NCBI GenBank assembly: GCA_001189165.1
Contig: LFCO01000001.1
Location: 10,987-74,986 of the forward strand
Direction: 5' to 3'
Length of the DNA: 64,000 nt
Origin: Parcubacteria bacterium C7867-005
GTDB taxonomy: Bacteria > Patescibacteriota > Minisyncoccia > Phycocordibacterales > Zambryskibacteraceae
In this document: positions 10,032 through 19,765 of the stretch, in pieces
How the letters are laid out: each line of letters begins with the position of its first letter
How positions within the stretch are numbered: the stretch's first letter is position 1
Notes under the pieces: generated by a model
Seen by the model: only the letters and a program-made list of their open reading frames with translations
What the model was told of the DNA's origin: nothing
The model's database searches: none
Translations under genes and position numbers: made by a program

Positions 10032-10158
10032 CATTCAGAGAGATTTGAACTTGGAGGGGGTCGGGGAACCAAAAGGTTCTCCGTGGCGGGATCATTCAAA
10101 CCGAGGGGTTTGAAAGCGCAGGCGGAGCCGAGCAGTGAGGTTCTCTCCTCTTCCGCCA
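10018..10158 (+). mobile_element. 124-bp non-coding insertion at the tRNA-Ser 3' end (att-like duplication)
   Basis: TCTCTCCTCTTCCGC at 10018-10032 and 10142-10156; second copy carries CCA. Confidence 0.6.
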
Positions 10159-10188
10159 GGATGTATTTTGTTATAAAGTAGCCGTATT

Positions 10189-10261
10189 GCGCGGTTAGCT
10201 CAGTTGGTAGAGCATCTCATTGACGTTGAGAGGGTCACAGGTTCGAATCCTGTATCGCGCA
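10189..10261 (+). tRNA. tRNA-Val(GAC)
   Basis: Cloverleaf, anticodon TT-GAC-GT. Confidence 0.95.
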
Positions 10262-10302
10262 CAAATTTTGGAGGGTTTCGGTCGTCCTATATACTGTAGA
10301 TA

Positions 10303-11193
10303 ATGTTTTTTGTACGAAAGAATATTTGGTGGATTGTTTTACTTCTACTCGCATCTGGTGCGTATGTTTTGAGGCCCGAGCCTTGTACAGAACCGATCAG
10401 TTATCAGATAGGTAAGTTCGACCCGAAGTTCGGCATCAGTGAAGAAACATTTCTGAAAGTGATCGAAGAGGCGAGTCTGGTTTGGGAGAAGTCTATAAAC
10501 AAAGACTTGTTCGTGTATGACAGCGAGGGAGAAATAGTGGTGAACCTCATCTATGATGAAAGACAGGCCACGTCAGACAAGAATCAAGAGCTCGAGTCTC
10601 ATGTTGAAGAGAGTAAACAAACCGCAGAAGAAGTGAAGGCCAAATTTCTCGCTCTGGAAGACGAGTATCAAGAAGCAGATGAAGAGTATAAACAGATGCT
10701 TGAAAGTTTTCAAAAAGACCATGATCAGTACAACGCCGAAGTCGAATATTATAACCAGAGAGGCGGTGCTCCAAAGAACGAGTACGACAGATTAGTGCGT
10801 GAGAAAGCCCGCCTCGCAGTCATGAACAAAGAGATGGAGTCAAAGAGGCTCGAGGTTAATGCGCTGGCCGAGGAAGTGAATTCTTTTGTGGCTGAGTACA
10901 ACGACATCATCAGGAACGTAAATTCGAAAATCAACACCATAAATGAATCTGCAGGTAAAGAATTTAGTGAAGGGGAGTACGTGAGAGATAGGGATGGTAG
11001 GAGGATCAATATATATGAATTCGATTCGCTCGCGAAGCTCCGTAGGGTACTTGCCCATGAGTTCGGACACGCCCTCGACCTCGAACATAACCCAAACCCA
11101 GACTCGATCATGTACTACCTAAACAACAGTTTGAATATGGCCCCGACCACAGAAGAGAAAGGGGATCTGGCCAAGGTATGTAAGCTCTCCTAA
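10303..11193 (+). CDS. Matrixin (M10/metzincin) metalloprotease with coiled-coil insert
   Basis: HEFGHALDLEH and SIM Met-turn; N-terminal TM. Confidence 0.88.
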   Translation: MFFVRKNIWWIVLLLLASGAYVLRPEPCTEPISYQIGKFDPKFGISEETFLKVIEEASLVWEKSINKDLFVYDSEGEIVVNLIYDERQATSDKNQELESHVEESKQTAEEVKAKFLALEDEYQEADEEYKQMLESFQKDHDQYNAEVEYYNQRGGAPKNEYDRLVREKARLAVMNKEMESKRLEVNALAEEVNSFVAEYNDIIRNVNSKINTINESAGKEFSEGEYVRDRDGRRINIYEFDSLAKLRRVLAHEFGHALDLEHNPNPDSIMYYLNNSLNMAPTTEEKGDLAKVCKLS

Positions 11194-11283
11194 GGTCCTT
11201 TACAGGATGGTTTTAATGTGATAGAATTTGTTCAGGCTCTTTTTTGATACACACACAACGCCACACAACGATAGGAGCTCCAC

Positions 11284-12003
11284 ATGCAGATCAGTTGGAA
11301 GTCAGTCCTCATCTACCTCGCGCTCTTCATGGGTCTCGGTGCCTCAGAGCTTGGGGCCCAGCAGATGCCCCAGAGCGCTCTCCAGCGTGGCCGGATGGCT
11401 GTGCCGAACAACGCGGAGATCGACAAGTATCCGCTCAAGGATACGGTCCTCACCCAAGCGGAGATGTCTTCGCTTGGGGTGCGCGCGGACACGCTCGAGG
11501 CCGACTGGACCGGATACAACTGGTTCAGGAACGTCAGGCGGTTCGCTTACGAGACGCTCCCCAAGGGGACCATCGTACTCGTGGACGGCGCCGGCAAGGT
11601 TCGGTACAAGGCAGACTGTGGTAACCGCCTCGTCGAGAAGGAGCAGATCCTGAACGCGATGGTGGCCACGAACACGATGCCGGATTCGTTGATCCGTCTC
11701 CTGCTCGCGAATAACTCGGCGCGGGTCACACCTGAGCTGATCAAGGAGATCATCCTTCGAGGCACAGTCACGTTGAACCACGAGTTCTCGGCGGAGTTCT
11801 TCCAGACTCTCGCTGCGGCCATCGTGGCTGCAGGGCAACCCGCACAGCCGGTACCACCGTTCCGTCCATCAGACGGTCGGAGCTACTGGTCCAAGCACAA
11901 GCCGGGGATCATCATCGGGGGCGTCCTGCTCGCTGGAGGTCTCGTCGCTCTGGCACAGAACGACTGGTGCTTGGTGTGCAACATCACGAACGTGTATCGA
12001 TAG
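11284..12003 (+). CDS. Hypothetical exported protein (GC-rich unit)
   Basis: Signal peptide, C-terminal TM, SD AGGAG, promoter TTTACA-17-TAGAAT 11199-11227, hairpin terminator about 12024-12049. Confidence 0.75.
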   Translation: MQISWKSVLIYLALFMGLGASELGAQQMPQSALQRGRMAVPNNAEIDKYPLKDTVLTQAEMSSLGVRADTLEADWTGYNWFRNVRRFAYETLPKGTIVLVDGAGKVRYKADCGNRLVEKEQILNAMVATNTMPDSLIRLLLANNSARVTPELIKEIILRGTVTLNHEFSAEFFQTLAAAIVAAGQPAQPVPPFRPSDGRSYWSKHKPGIIIGGVLLAGGLVALAQNDWCLVCNITNVYR

Positions 12004-12059
12004 TACCGATTCGTTCGGTACTCGGGCGGGTGCATCACTGCACCCGCCCTTCTTCATAT

Positions 12060-13034
12060 CTAATTTTTCTGATTGTGAACGTATAGATAAATATCTTCGA
12101 GTGCTTTGACCGCATCACCGGAAGCAATGTTGTTTTGGTGGAAGAGTCCATCAGTACAGTCTCCAGCGGCCCAAAGTCCATCAGTTTTTGTTCGTTGGTT
12201 TTTTGGATCTACTACGATTTGTTTATATGTATTCAGTTCGGTGACACCTTCGTCCACAAATCCAGTAGTAGGTACCAATCCGATTTCTACGAAGATACCA
12301 GTCGCCTTTAGTTCTTTATCTTCTCCGGTAGTTTGATCTGTATAGATGAGGGAAGTGACGAATTTATCTCCGATAACTTCTTTGGGTATAGCGTTTTTGA
12401 TAAGTTTGGCTTTTGGATTTTTTAATACACTCTCTACTGTCATCTCATCTGCTTTTAGGATATCTGATCTGTTCAAGATAGTGACCGAGTTTGCATAAGC
12501 GAGTAGCTGTGCAGCAGATTCAAACCCAGCATTGCCTCCGCCGATGACTACAACATCAGCTCCGGCGAAGAGCGGTCCATCACAAGACGCGCAGTAAGTG
12601 ATACCCTTGTTCTCGAATTCTTTGGCGCCTGGTATCTCCAATTTCCTACGTGTTGAACCAGTGGCGACGAGGACTGTCTTGGCTTCATAAGTTTCTTTTG
12701 GGGTTTCTACTACGAACAACCCATCTTTTTTTGAAAGCTTGGTTACTCTGTATCCGAGCTTTATGTCTACTGTGTTTTCTGCATACGCCCTCAGATGCTG
12801 TTCGAGGGTTTTACTCAGATCTATGCCGGATATCTTGATCGTACCAATCCAGTTTTCTACACCAGCGGATTCAGTAGATTGTCCGCCAACAGACTCGGCG
12901 ACGAGCACTGTCCTCAGTCTTTTCCTTGCAGCATAGACTCCTGCAGAAATACCTGCAGGTCCGCCACCGATAATCGCAAGGTCATAAATCATGTTTGATA
13001 AGAATATCAGAAAATTTCGGAGATACAAAACCAC
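12060..13034 (-). CDS. trxB: Thioredoxin reductase/AhpF-like flavoprotein (start probably 12992)
   Basis: IGGGPAG, CASC, GGGNAG, AAGD. Confidence 0.85.
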   Translation of the reverse strand: MVLYLRNFLIFLSNMIYDLAIIGGGPAGISAGVYAARKRLRTVLVAESVGGQSTESAGVENWIGTIKISGIDLSKTLEQHLRAYAENTVDIKLGYRVTKLSKKDGLFVVETPKETYEAKTVLVATGSTRRKLEIPGAKEFENKGITYCASCDGPLFAGADVVVIGGGNAGFESAAQLLAYANSVTILNRSDILKADEMTVESVLKNPKAKLIKNAIPKEVIGDKFVTSLIYTDQTTGEDKELKATGIFVEIGLVPTTGFVDEGVTELNTYKQIVVDPKNQRTKTDGLWAAGDCTDGLFHQNNIASGDAVKALEDIYLYVHNQKN

Positions 13035-13058
13035 CCGATCGCTCGGGTGGTTTATGTT

Positions 13059-14222
13059 TTATTTTAATTTTGAACGGCGGAGGAAAGCGGGTACAGCACC
13101 CCAATCATCATCAGGATCATCCAGATGTTTGTCCGGAGTTTCCTTTTTTTCTTCCGCTGGTTTCTCTACAGGTTTAGGGAAGACGGGCATGCTGTTAAAT
13201 ATTTTGTCCTTGGTTATGTCCTCTCCAGGAGTTGATTGAAATAGGGAAGTGGCCTTGCGTTGAACACTCTCAGGGAAGCTTGAGGCGATAACAGTGATCT
13301 TGACCTCGCCCTTCTTAAGCTTCTCGTCTCTGACCGTACCGAAGATGATCTTGGCATTTGGATCCACAGATTCGGTGATAACTTTGGCTGCGTCTTGGAT
13401 CTCGAACATGGTGAGGTCGTCTCCACCAGCGATAGAGAAGAGCACACCCTTGGCACCGTTGATAGAGACTTCGAGGAGTGGTGAAGAGATAGCAAGTCGT
13501 GCTGCTTCTTCTGCACGTTTTTCACCAGAAGCATGTCCGATACCCATGAGGGCCGCGCCAGCATTTTCCATCACTGCGCGAATGTCTGCGAAGTCGATGT
13601 TGATGATACCCGGGGTAGTGATGAGGTCAGAGATACCTTCTACGGCTTGTTTCAATATATTGTCGCAGGTAGCAAAGGCATTCTTGGCAGTAGTATCTTT
13701 ATCTATAGTAGCGAGCAATCTGTCGTTAGGGATGATGATGATGGCGTCTACTGCCTGTTTGAGCTCTTCTATGGCCGCTTCTGCGATCTTCATACGTTGT
13801 GTTCCTTCAAAAAAGAAAGGTTTGGTGACCACTCCGACAGTCAGACAACCGGCTTCTTTGGCTGTACGAGCGAGCACCGGGGCTGCTCCAGAACCAGTAC
13901 CACCACCCATACCACAAGCGATGAACACCATATCTGCTCCCTTGATCGCTTCTTGGATTTCTTCTTTTGTTTCTTCAACCGCACGTTTGCCGAGGTCGGG
14001 GTTCATGCCTGTACCCAAACCACGAGTGAGGTTTTTGCCTATATGAATTTTTCTTTTGGCGAGTGAGTGGTGGAGGTCTTGTGCGTCAGTGTTTACAGAA
14101 ATAAAGTCCACTCCCTTAACTTTAGAGTTGATCATATGATTCACTGCATTTTTTCCTGAACCACCAACACCGATCACTTTGATCCGGGCGAATGCTTCTA
14201 CTTCTGGTTTGATTTGTGGCAT
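13059..14222 (-). CDS. ftsZ: Cell division protein FtsZ
   Basis: GMGGGTGSG, INIDFAD, C-terminal VPAFLRR. Confidence 0.99.
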   Translation of the reverse strand: MPQIKPEVEAFARIKVIGVGGSGKNAVNHMINSKVKGVDFISVNTDAQDLHHSLAKRKIHIGKNLTRGLGTGMNPDLGKRAVEETKEEIQEAIKGADMVFIACGMGGGTGSGAAPVLARTAKEAGCLTVGVVTKPFFFEGTQRMKIAEAAIEELKQAVDAIIIIPNDRLLATIDKDTTAKNAFATCDNILKQAVEGISDLITTPGIINIDFADIRAVMENAGAALMGIGHASGEKRAEEAARLAISSPLLEVSINGAKGVLFSIAGGDDLTMFEIQDAAKVITESVDPNAKIIFGTVRDEKLKKGEVKITVIASSFPESVQRKATSLFQSTPGEDITKDKIFNSMPVFPKPVEKPAEEKKETPDKHLDDPDDDWGAVPAFLRRSKLK

Positions 14223-14345
14223 GTTTTTCTGTTTTGGCCGGCCCGTCCTCTGTAGGCTAGTCTTTGACTGTTAATGATGGCCATATACTACAGAAAGCCA
14301 CTATAAAAGAAAACCCGTTGACATTTATCTTTAAAGTTTTATTAT

Positions 14346-14942
14346 TTGCGAGGATTTCTGAACAAAAACCTGAGCCATGAGGCTACCTTGAAATACTTCG
14401 CGATCGTGAGAAACGGTGTCGTGCGAGCCGGTCCGAACGGCGGACCTCCTCGCCTCATCAGTCCGGATGGAGAGGGTCAGATGAGGCGAATCGGTCGGAT
14501 TCTCCAGCCACTCCTTACGGGGATCGACCACATCGCCCTTTCACTCTGCGCTGGCTCGGAGAGCTACCTCAGCCTTTCGGCCCAGAAGCTCCGAGAGGGC
14601 ATCCATTGGCCAGACAAGGTCAGATCGGAGACGCATACGTGCCTCGACCGATCGGATGACGGTCCGACTGTGGTGGCGGAGTGTCTGCGCCTGTTCAGTC
14701 GTATGAACCGGTGGTGTGACAAGGGTACGATCATCTTCGTCACCGGGGAGAAGCTCTCGATGGCCATCCCCAATGCGTACCTTGAGCGGATCGGTGTCAG
14801 GAACGAAGGTTTCAGCATGCCGCTCGAATACGCTTCGGCCCTCGTCATCGACGCGACCAAGCTCCACCGCTTCAGGGTCTTCGACCACCAGGAGCCGGAC
14901 AACGCAGTGTCGAAGTGGCTTGCCACGCCACTGGAGAAATAA
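14346..14942 (+). CDS. Hypothetical protein, degenerate histidine-phosphatase/SixA-like (start probably TTG 14388)
   Basis: AIVRNG in place of RHG, then LISPDGEGQM; TTGACA at 14318. Confidence 0.5.
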   Translation: MRGFLNKNLSHEATLKYFAIVRNGVVRAGPNGGPPRLISPDGEGQMRRIGRILQPLLTGIDHIALSLCAGSESYLSLSAQKLREGIHWPDKVRSETHTCLDRSDDGPTVVAECLRLFSRMNRWCDKGTIIFVTGEKLSMAIPNAYLERIGVRNEGFSMPLEYASALVIDATKLHRFRVFDHQEPDNAVSKWLATPLEK

Positions 14943-14988
14943 CCGCTCATCGAGCGGTTATCTTATTATCAAAAATTAAACACAGTTA

Positions 14989-16191
14989 CTACGGGAGGAA
15001 TTGTCCAAACCATTTACCCAGAGAGTTTAATCCAGGCTTGAGGGCACTTGATATGGCTTTCATTGGACTTGGTCCGGTGATGTTTTGTTCACCGTCTACA
15101 TTGAAACCGAAAATCGAGAGCCCATAAGCCACTGCCCAAGCCTGGTCCCTAGTCTTTGTTTTCAGTTCTTCACCGAAATGTATCTCGGCTATTTTGGACG
15201 GAAGCTTTAGAGTATTTTCGGCCAATGTTTTTATGTTTACGATACTTGACCCTCCACCGGTGATCACTATCCCAGCTGGCAACAATGCATTTCGACCGAT
15301 CCTTTTAAGATGGGTTTCAATGAGTTCGAACATGTCTGTCAATCGAGCCGTCACTATCTCTTCCAGTTTTTTCTTTGAGATATTTGAGCTGGTTACTGAT
15401 CCAAGTTTTATAGACTCGGCTTCTTCGAGTGACACCTTTAATCCGAGGGCGATGTCGTTTGTTATGTCGTTCCCGCCGATGGGGAATACTTCGAGTGATA
15501 CAGGATTCGAATTCTCGAAGACGACTATTGAAAGAGTCTCTGCGCCGATGTTTGCAAGTACGCACCCAGCCTTTTTCTGATTTTTGGAAAGGGTAGAGAA
15601 ACTCGCAGCTATGGGTGCGGCTACGACGTCGATCACTTCTATGTCTGCTGATTCAACTGCCTGGATCAGGTCTTGGATATGATGTTCTAAGCACATGATG
15701 AAGAGGACCTTGGCATCGACTTTTTGTGCCTTCAGTCCCAGTACTCGACCCCACGCTACCTTACCATCGGTCTTGTATTCGATCGGTATGGTGTTGATTA
15801 TTTTTTTATTCAAAGCAACTGCGTGGGGGATAGCAGTCTCTGCACCTTCCTGTGCTTTTTCCAAATCAAGTTTAGTGATCTCCAAATCTGCACGAGAGAC
15901 GATCGCAGAGCCGGTGGTGGTTACCCCAGATAATCCGATCCCTCCGACAGAGATGAATGCACGTTTGACATAAATCTTGGCGAACTTCTCTGCTTCCTTG
16001 ACAGCGCTCATAATACTGCGAGTCGCCTCGTGTTGATTGGTGATATAGCCGTGGTGGAGACCCTTGGATTCTGCAGAACCCATCCCTATGATCTTGTGGA
16101 CAGATTTTCCTCCTTCAAGAGTTTCTTCTGCGATAACCACCCGCACTTCCCGCGTGCCTATATCAATGCCGGTTATGATCTGGCGTGCCAT
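14989..16191 (-). CDS. ftsA: Cell division protein FtsA
   Basis: GIDIGT, IGGNDITNDIA, ITGGGS, amphipathic C-terminus. Confidence 0.96.
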   Translation of the reverse strand: MARQIITGIDIGTREVRVVIAEETLEGGKSVHKIIGMGSAESKGLHHGYITNQHEATRSIMSAVKEAEKFAKIYVKRAFISVGGIGLSGVTTTGSAIVSRADLEITKLDLEKAQEGAETAIPHAVALNKKIINTIPIEYKTDGKVAWGRVLGLKAQKVDAKVLFIMCLEHHIQDLIQAVESADIEVIDVVAAPIAASFSTLSKNQKKAGCVLANIGAETLSIVVFENSNPVSLEVFPIGGNDITNDIALGLKVSLEEAESIKLGSVTSSNISKKKLEEIVTARLTDMFELIETHLKRIGRNALLPAGIVITGGGSSIVNIKTLAENTLKLPSKIAEIHFGEELKTKTRDQAWAVAYGLSIFGFNVDGEQNITGPSPMKAISSALKPGLNSLGKWFGQFLP

Positions 16192-16216
16192 GAAAATTTA
16201 TAATAAAGAAAAAGTA

Positions 16217-16606
16217 CTAGATCCCGAATTTCTTGCGTAAGAAACTTTCCCTTTTCTCCATTGTATCCCCATGGTCGAATCCTTTCAAATGAAAAAGGCC
16301 GTGGATAAAGAGAAATCCTATGAAGTTGTCGAATTTCCTATCGAAATTTTTCGCTTGTTTTTTGGAGAGTCGTAGGTTGATGAAAATCTCACCGCTTGAT
16401 TTAGAAAGTGAAAACGAAAGTATATTTGTTGGTTTGTTTTTATCTCTGTACGTTCGATTCAGGTTTTGTGATTTTTTGTCACCGATGAAAACCAAAGAAA
16501 GTTCGTATTTTTTGCCGAGCACAGCATCTTTCATCTTCTGATATGGCAAAGAAGGGAATCTTCCCTTGGTGGTGTTAGATATGGATAGTTCTAGAGATTC
16601 AGACAC
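16217..16606 (-). CDS. ybeY: rRNA maturation endonuclease YbeY
   Basis: PTNILSF, HGLFHLKGFDH. Confidence 0.95.
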   Translation of the reverse strand: MSESLELSISNTTKGRFPSLPYQKMKDAVLGKKYELSLVFIGDKKSQNLNRTYRDKNKPTNILSFSLSKSSGEIFINLRLSKKQAKNFDRKFDNFIGFLFIHGLFHLKGFDHGDTMEKRESFLRKKFGI

Positions 16607-16654
16607 TAGAGTTTTTGGCGTTTAATCCCTTGGTTTATCGCTTGCGTCTTTTTC

Positions 16655-16906
16655 CTATCGCTTGCGCTTTGTGAACTTAGAAACTTCCTGCATTTTGCCG
16701 AGTTTGATCAATTCTGTAGTAACTTCTTTCTTTTTGAGGTAAGCAAGGGTCTTCGCGCGTTTGACGTTCTCTGACTTCACTCGTTCGTGGTATCTCTTTG
16801 AGCGAACTCGTGGTAGGAGGCCTGCACCCTGAACACGCTTCTGGAATCTGCGTAGGACAGAAAGGTTATTTTCACTAGAGCCTTTGGTGACTTCGATATT
16901 TATCAT
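16655..16906 (-). CDS. rpsU: 30S ribosomal protein bS21
   Basis: ENNLSVLRRFQKRV, basic composition. Confidence 0.75.
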   Translation of the reverse strand: MINIEVTKGSSENNLSVLRRFQKRVQGAGLLPRVRSKRYHERVKSENVKRAKTLAYLKKKEVTTELIKLGKMQEVSKFTKRKR

Positions 16907-17009
16907 GTGGGGGTTACTTTAGCACACCAACGGAGCCTCGGCAAGCATGAAGAAACCCCCGCCACCAGATACTTTGGTGTGCGGGGGGGGGTGGCTGAGG
17001 ACCGAGTCC

Positions 17010-17324
17010 TCAGCAGAGTAGGATCGGCGTGGCTCGGGTGGTGAGGGCCTGCATGACCGAGAGCCTGATCAGGGAGTTGACCCCGTTGAGGCTGGACTCG
17101 GACGATGAGAGCTCGATGGCGGAGAGGAACGCATCCTTCTCCGACCGTTCGATTCGACCCTCCTCGGCGAGCGCCATGACGAGTCCCTTCGCGACCTCGA
17201 GGGAGCCGAAGCCGTGCCTCGAGAGGTCGCTGAGCTGGACATGGCCTTCCTGGCCACAGAACTTGCAGATATGCAGACTTGCCTTGCGACGCATGCGAAT
17301 CTCCCCGGAAAGACGGTGAACCAT
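17010..17324 (-). CDS. Hypothetical protein (GC-rich unit; start probably 17294)
   Basis: SD GGAG before MRRKAS, CxxC, promoter TTGACT-18-TATAGT near 17343-17372. Confidence 0.55.
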   Translation of the reverse strand: MVHRLSGEIRMRRKASLHICKFCGQEGHVQLSDLSRHGFGSLEVAKGLVMALAEEGRIERSEKDAFLSAIELSSSESSLNGVNSLIRLSVMQALTTRATPILLC

Positions 17325-17376
17325 CGGTGTACATCAGACCCTACTATAGCACACGTATTATTTAAAAGTCAAGTGG

Positions 17377-18576
17377 CTACAGGGCGATGTTTTTGAGGTA
17401 GTCAGGGAGGATAGTTATCTTGATCGTGTCTTGCGCTCGGGTACTCATATTCCTGACTGTCACTGTGTGGTCTAAGGCTTCTTTCTGGCCGACTATTAAT
17501 AAGTATGGGACACGCAGTTTCTCTGCATTTTCGAGCTGTATGGTCAGCTTATCTTTACCCAGGAAGCTGTAGACAGGGATTCGGTTTACACGTAGCAGTT
17601 CGATCAAAGATAGTGACTGCATTTTGGCTTCTTGGCCGAGCTGGATCAAATAAAACTTTGGCTTAGGCAAATCTTTATAAACTTTTTTCGAGACATCTTT
17701 TTGTTCTTCGATTTCTCTGGCGAAGATAGTGGCAGAAACTGCCGGCATTTCTTTTTTGAAACCAATGCGTTTTGAGAGCCTAGAATATCTTGATCCCAAG
17801 GCCAATAGACGTTCATCTTGTTTGTTTCTGATAGCAAAGATAGTCTGTGATGAGTAGTGTTTATTGCCCACCAGTTTATGAGAAAGTCTGAACTCTACAT
17901 TTAGGTGTTCGACGCATTCGAGCATTTCTTTAAAGTGGTTTCTCGCAGGTGCAGATAGAGAAGCGATCGAAGGAGGTAGCCCCATAGATATATTTTCTGG
18001 TAGTTCAATACGAAGCAACTCAAAGATATCGTCTTTTAATCTTTTTTTATATTCAGGAGATATGTCGCAAGAGATTTTCTTGGCGTAGTGGTGCAGCTCT
18101 CTTTCATAAGAGCTTATAGAATCTTTATCTCCAATACTGTTCAGTTCTACCACAGTATTCTCAAATCCATGTTCAGAGAGTACAGAGAGTGCTGTACGGA
18201 TGAGGATAGCTTCAGCCATAGCAGAAGGGAATCCTAAAATATGCATACAATAGTCGTGGCTCTTTTTGCTTGGCTCTGGTCTCTTGTACACAACCTGGAG
18301 TGGATGAGAAAGGTTATTAAGCTCTTGTTCCAGATAGTGTCTTAGAAAAGAAGCTTTTTCTGCGGCGTCGTGTATTGCTCTCAGGCTCTTCTTGTCATTT
18401 GGATCTTCGAAGACCCTATATTCCTCTGTTAGCTTTAAATCCTTGTCGTTTATTTTTGGGCACTCTATCGGGGTAAATCCAAAATGTGTTGCGAGGTATA
18501 TTGGTTTATCGAACTCGCGGAGCAGATATGATGGGCGGTTGCTAATTTGTTTTGACATTGTCGGTAACTTCATCAT
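17377..18576 (-). CDS. Degenerate HisRS/HisZ-like protein with HGTP anticodon-binding domain
   Basis: LVGNKHYSSQTIF and GSRYSRL resemble HisRS LVRGLDYY/GGRYD; class II motif 2 not recognisable. Confidence 0.7.
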   Translation of the reverse strand: MMKLPTMSKQISNRPSYLLREFDKPIYLATHFGFTPIECPKINDKDLKLTEEYRVFEDPNDKKSLRAIHDAAEKASFLRHYLEQELNNLSHPLQVVYKRPEPSKKSHDYCMHILGFPSAMAEAILIRTALSVLSEHGFENTVVELNSIGDKDSISSYERELHHYAKKISCDISPEYKKRLKDDIFELLRIELPENISMGLPPSIASLSAPARNHFKEMLECVEHLNVEFRLSHKLVGNKHYSSQTIFAIRNKQDERLLALGSRYSRLSKRIGFKKEMPAVSATIFAREIEEQKDVSKKVYKDLPKPKFYLIQLGQEAKMQSLSLIELLRVNRIPVYSFLGKDKLTIQLENAEKLRVPYLLIVGQKEALDHTVTVRNMSTRAQDTIKITILPDYLKNIAL

Positions 18577-19159
18577 TTAAGAAAGTTTCCTTGCCGGGCC
18601 AGAGGGTTGGTGGCCAGAACCTCACTATTGGTCGTCCGATGATGTTTGCTTCTGGTACCGGTCCCCAGATACGTGAGTCAGCACTGCCGAGTCTGTTGTC
18701 GCCCATGACAAAGTATTCTCCGGCGCCGAGTGTATAGCTCATGTTGTCAGATTTTTCGAACTGTATGTATGGCTCGTCCAAGACGAAACCCTCTTTATCT
18801 TTAGGGCTAGTGATTGTAACCTCTCCATTCTTGATCGACACTGTTTCCAAAGGTAGTCCGATCACTCTTTTTATAAAGTATTTAGAAGGGTTTTTGGGGT
18901 ATTTGAATATCATGACAGAGCCCCGGAGAGGCGTAGTGAACTTATAAGAGAGTTCATCTACGATCAGATACTGTCCTGTATAAAAAGTTGGGTCCATGGA
19001 CGCTCCATCCACTATGAACGGTTGAGCAACAAACATCCTGAAGGGGATTACTACAAATACTGCGATCAAAAGCAGCTTGCCGAGTTCGAACCAGAAGGTG
19101 AACTTGCTCTCTTCTCTTTCCGGTGTGATGTTTGGTGGCAAAATGTTCATGATTTTCAA
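18542..19159 (-). CDS. lepB: Signal peptidase I
   Basis: GASMDPT, IKRVIGLP, GDNR..SADSR. Confidence 0.95.
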   Translation of the reverse strand: MKIMNILPPNITPEREESKFTFWFELGKLLLIAVFVVIPFRMFVAQPFIVDGASMDPTFYTGQYLIVDELSYKFTTPLRGSVMIFKYPKNPSKYFIKRVIGLPLETVSIKNGEVTITSPKDKEGFVLDEPYIQFEKSDNMSYTLGAGEYFVMGDNRLGSADSRIWGPVPEANIIGRPIVRFWPPTLWPGKETFLNDEVTDNVKTN

Positions 19160-19198
19160 TGCATTGTATTATCTAAGTTCGTTTGACACAATAGTCAT

Positions 19199-19729
19199 AT
19201 GTATATTGTTGTAGGTTTAGGAAACCCAGGAGAAGAATACAAAGAGACACGTCACAATACAGGACGTATGGTGATGGATTTTCTTACAAAAAAAGACATT
19301 TTGAACACGAAATTTGTTCATCTGGATACTTTTATGAACAAGTCCGGAGCCGGAGTAGCCAAAGTAGTCAAATCCAAAAAATCTGCAGAAAAACTGGTGG
19401 TTGTTTATGACGATTTGGATTTACCTATCGGTACCATGAAAGTTTCTTATGATCGGAGTTCGGGTGGTCACCGCGGAGTAGAGTCCATCATAAGGGCTCT
19501 AAAGACACAAGCCTTCATCCGCATCAGGGTTGGTATTTCTCCAAGTACCCCATCAGGTAAGCTTAAAAAACCACAGGGTGAAAAAGATGTTGAGAAGTTT
19601 ATCATGGGCAAGTTTGGCCCCAAAGAAAAAGAAATGCTAAAAAAGGTTTTTAAGCACATACCAGAGACACTAGAGGCGCTCGCCACAGACGGTCTACAGA
19701 GGGCGATGACAGTCGGTAATACCAAATAA
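19199..19729 (+). CDS. pth: Peptidyl-tRNA hydrolase
   Basis: VGLGNPG, TRHN, TFMNKSG, GGHRG. Confidence 0.95.
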   Translation: MYIVVGLGNPGEEYKETRHNTGRMVMDFLTKKDILNTKFVHLDTFMNKSGAGVAKVVKSKKSAEKLVVVYDDLDLPIGTMKVSYDRSSGGHRGVESIIRALKTQAFIRIRVGISPSTPSGKLKKPQGEKDVEKFIMGKFGPKEKEMLKKVFKHIPETLEALATDGLQRAMTVGNTK

Positions 19730-19765
19730 CAAAAACCCCGAGGGTCGCTCGGGGTTTTTGTTATT
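19724..19765. terminator. Bidirectional terminator pth/rpsA
   Basis: AATAACAAAAACCCCGAG...CTCGGGGTTTTTGTTATT. Confidence 0.85.

Noticed and set aside
13294-14066. Long antisense ORFs over ftsZ and similar shadows over other core or GC-rich genes
   Set aside because: Expected mirror frames of biased coding sequence; no independent signals
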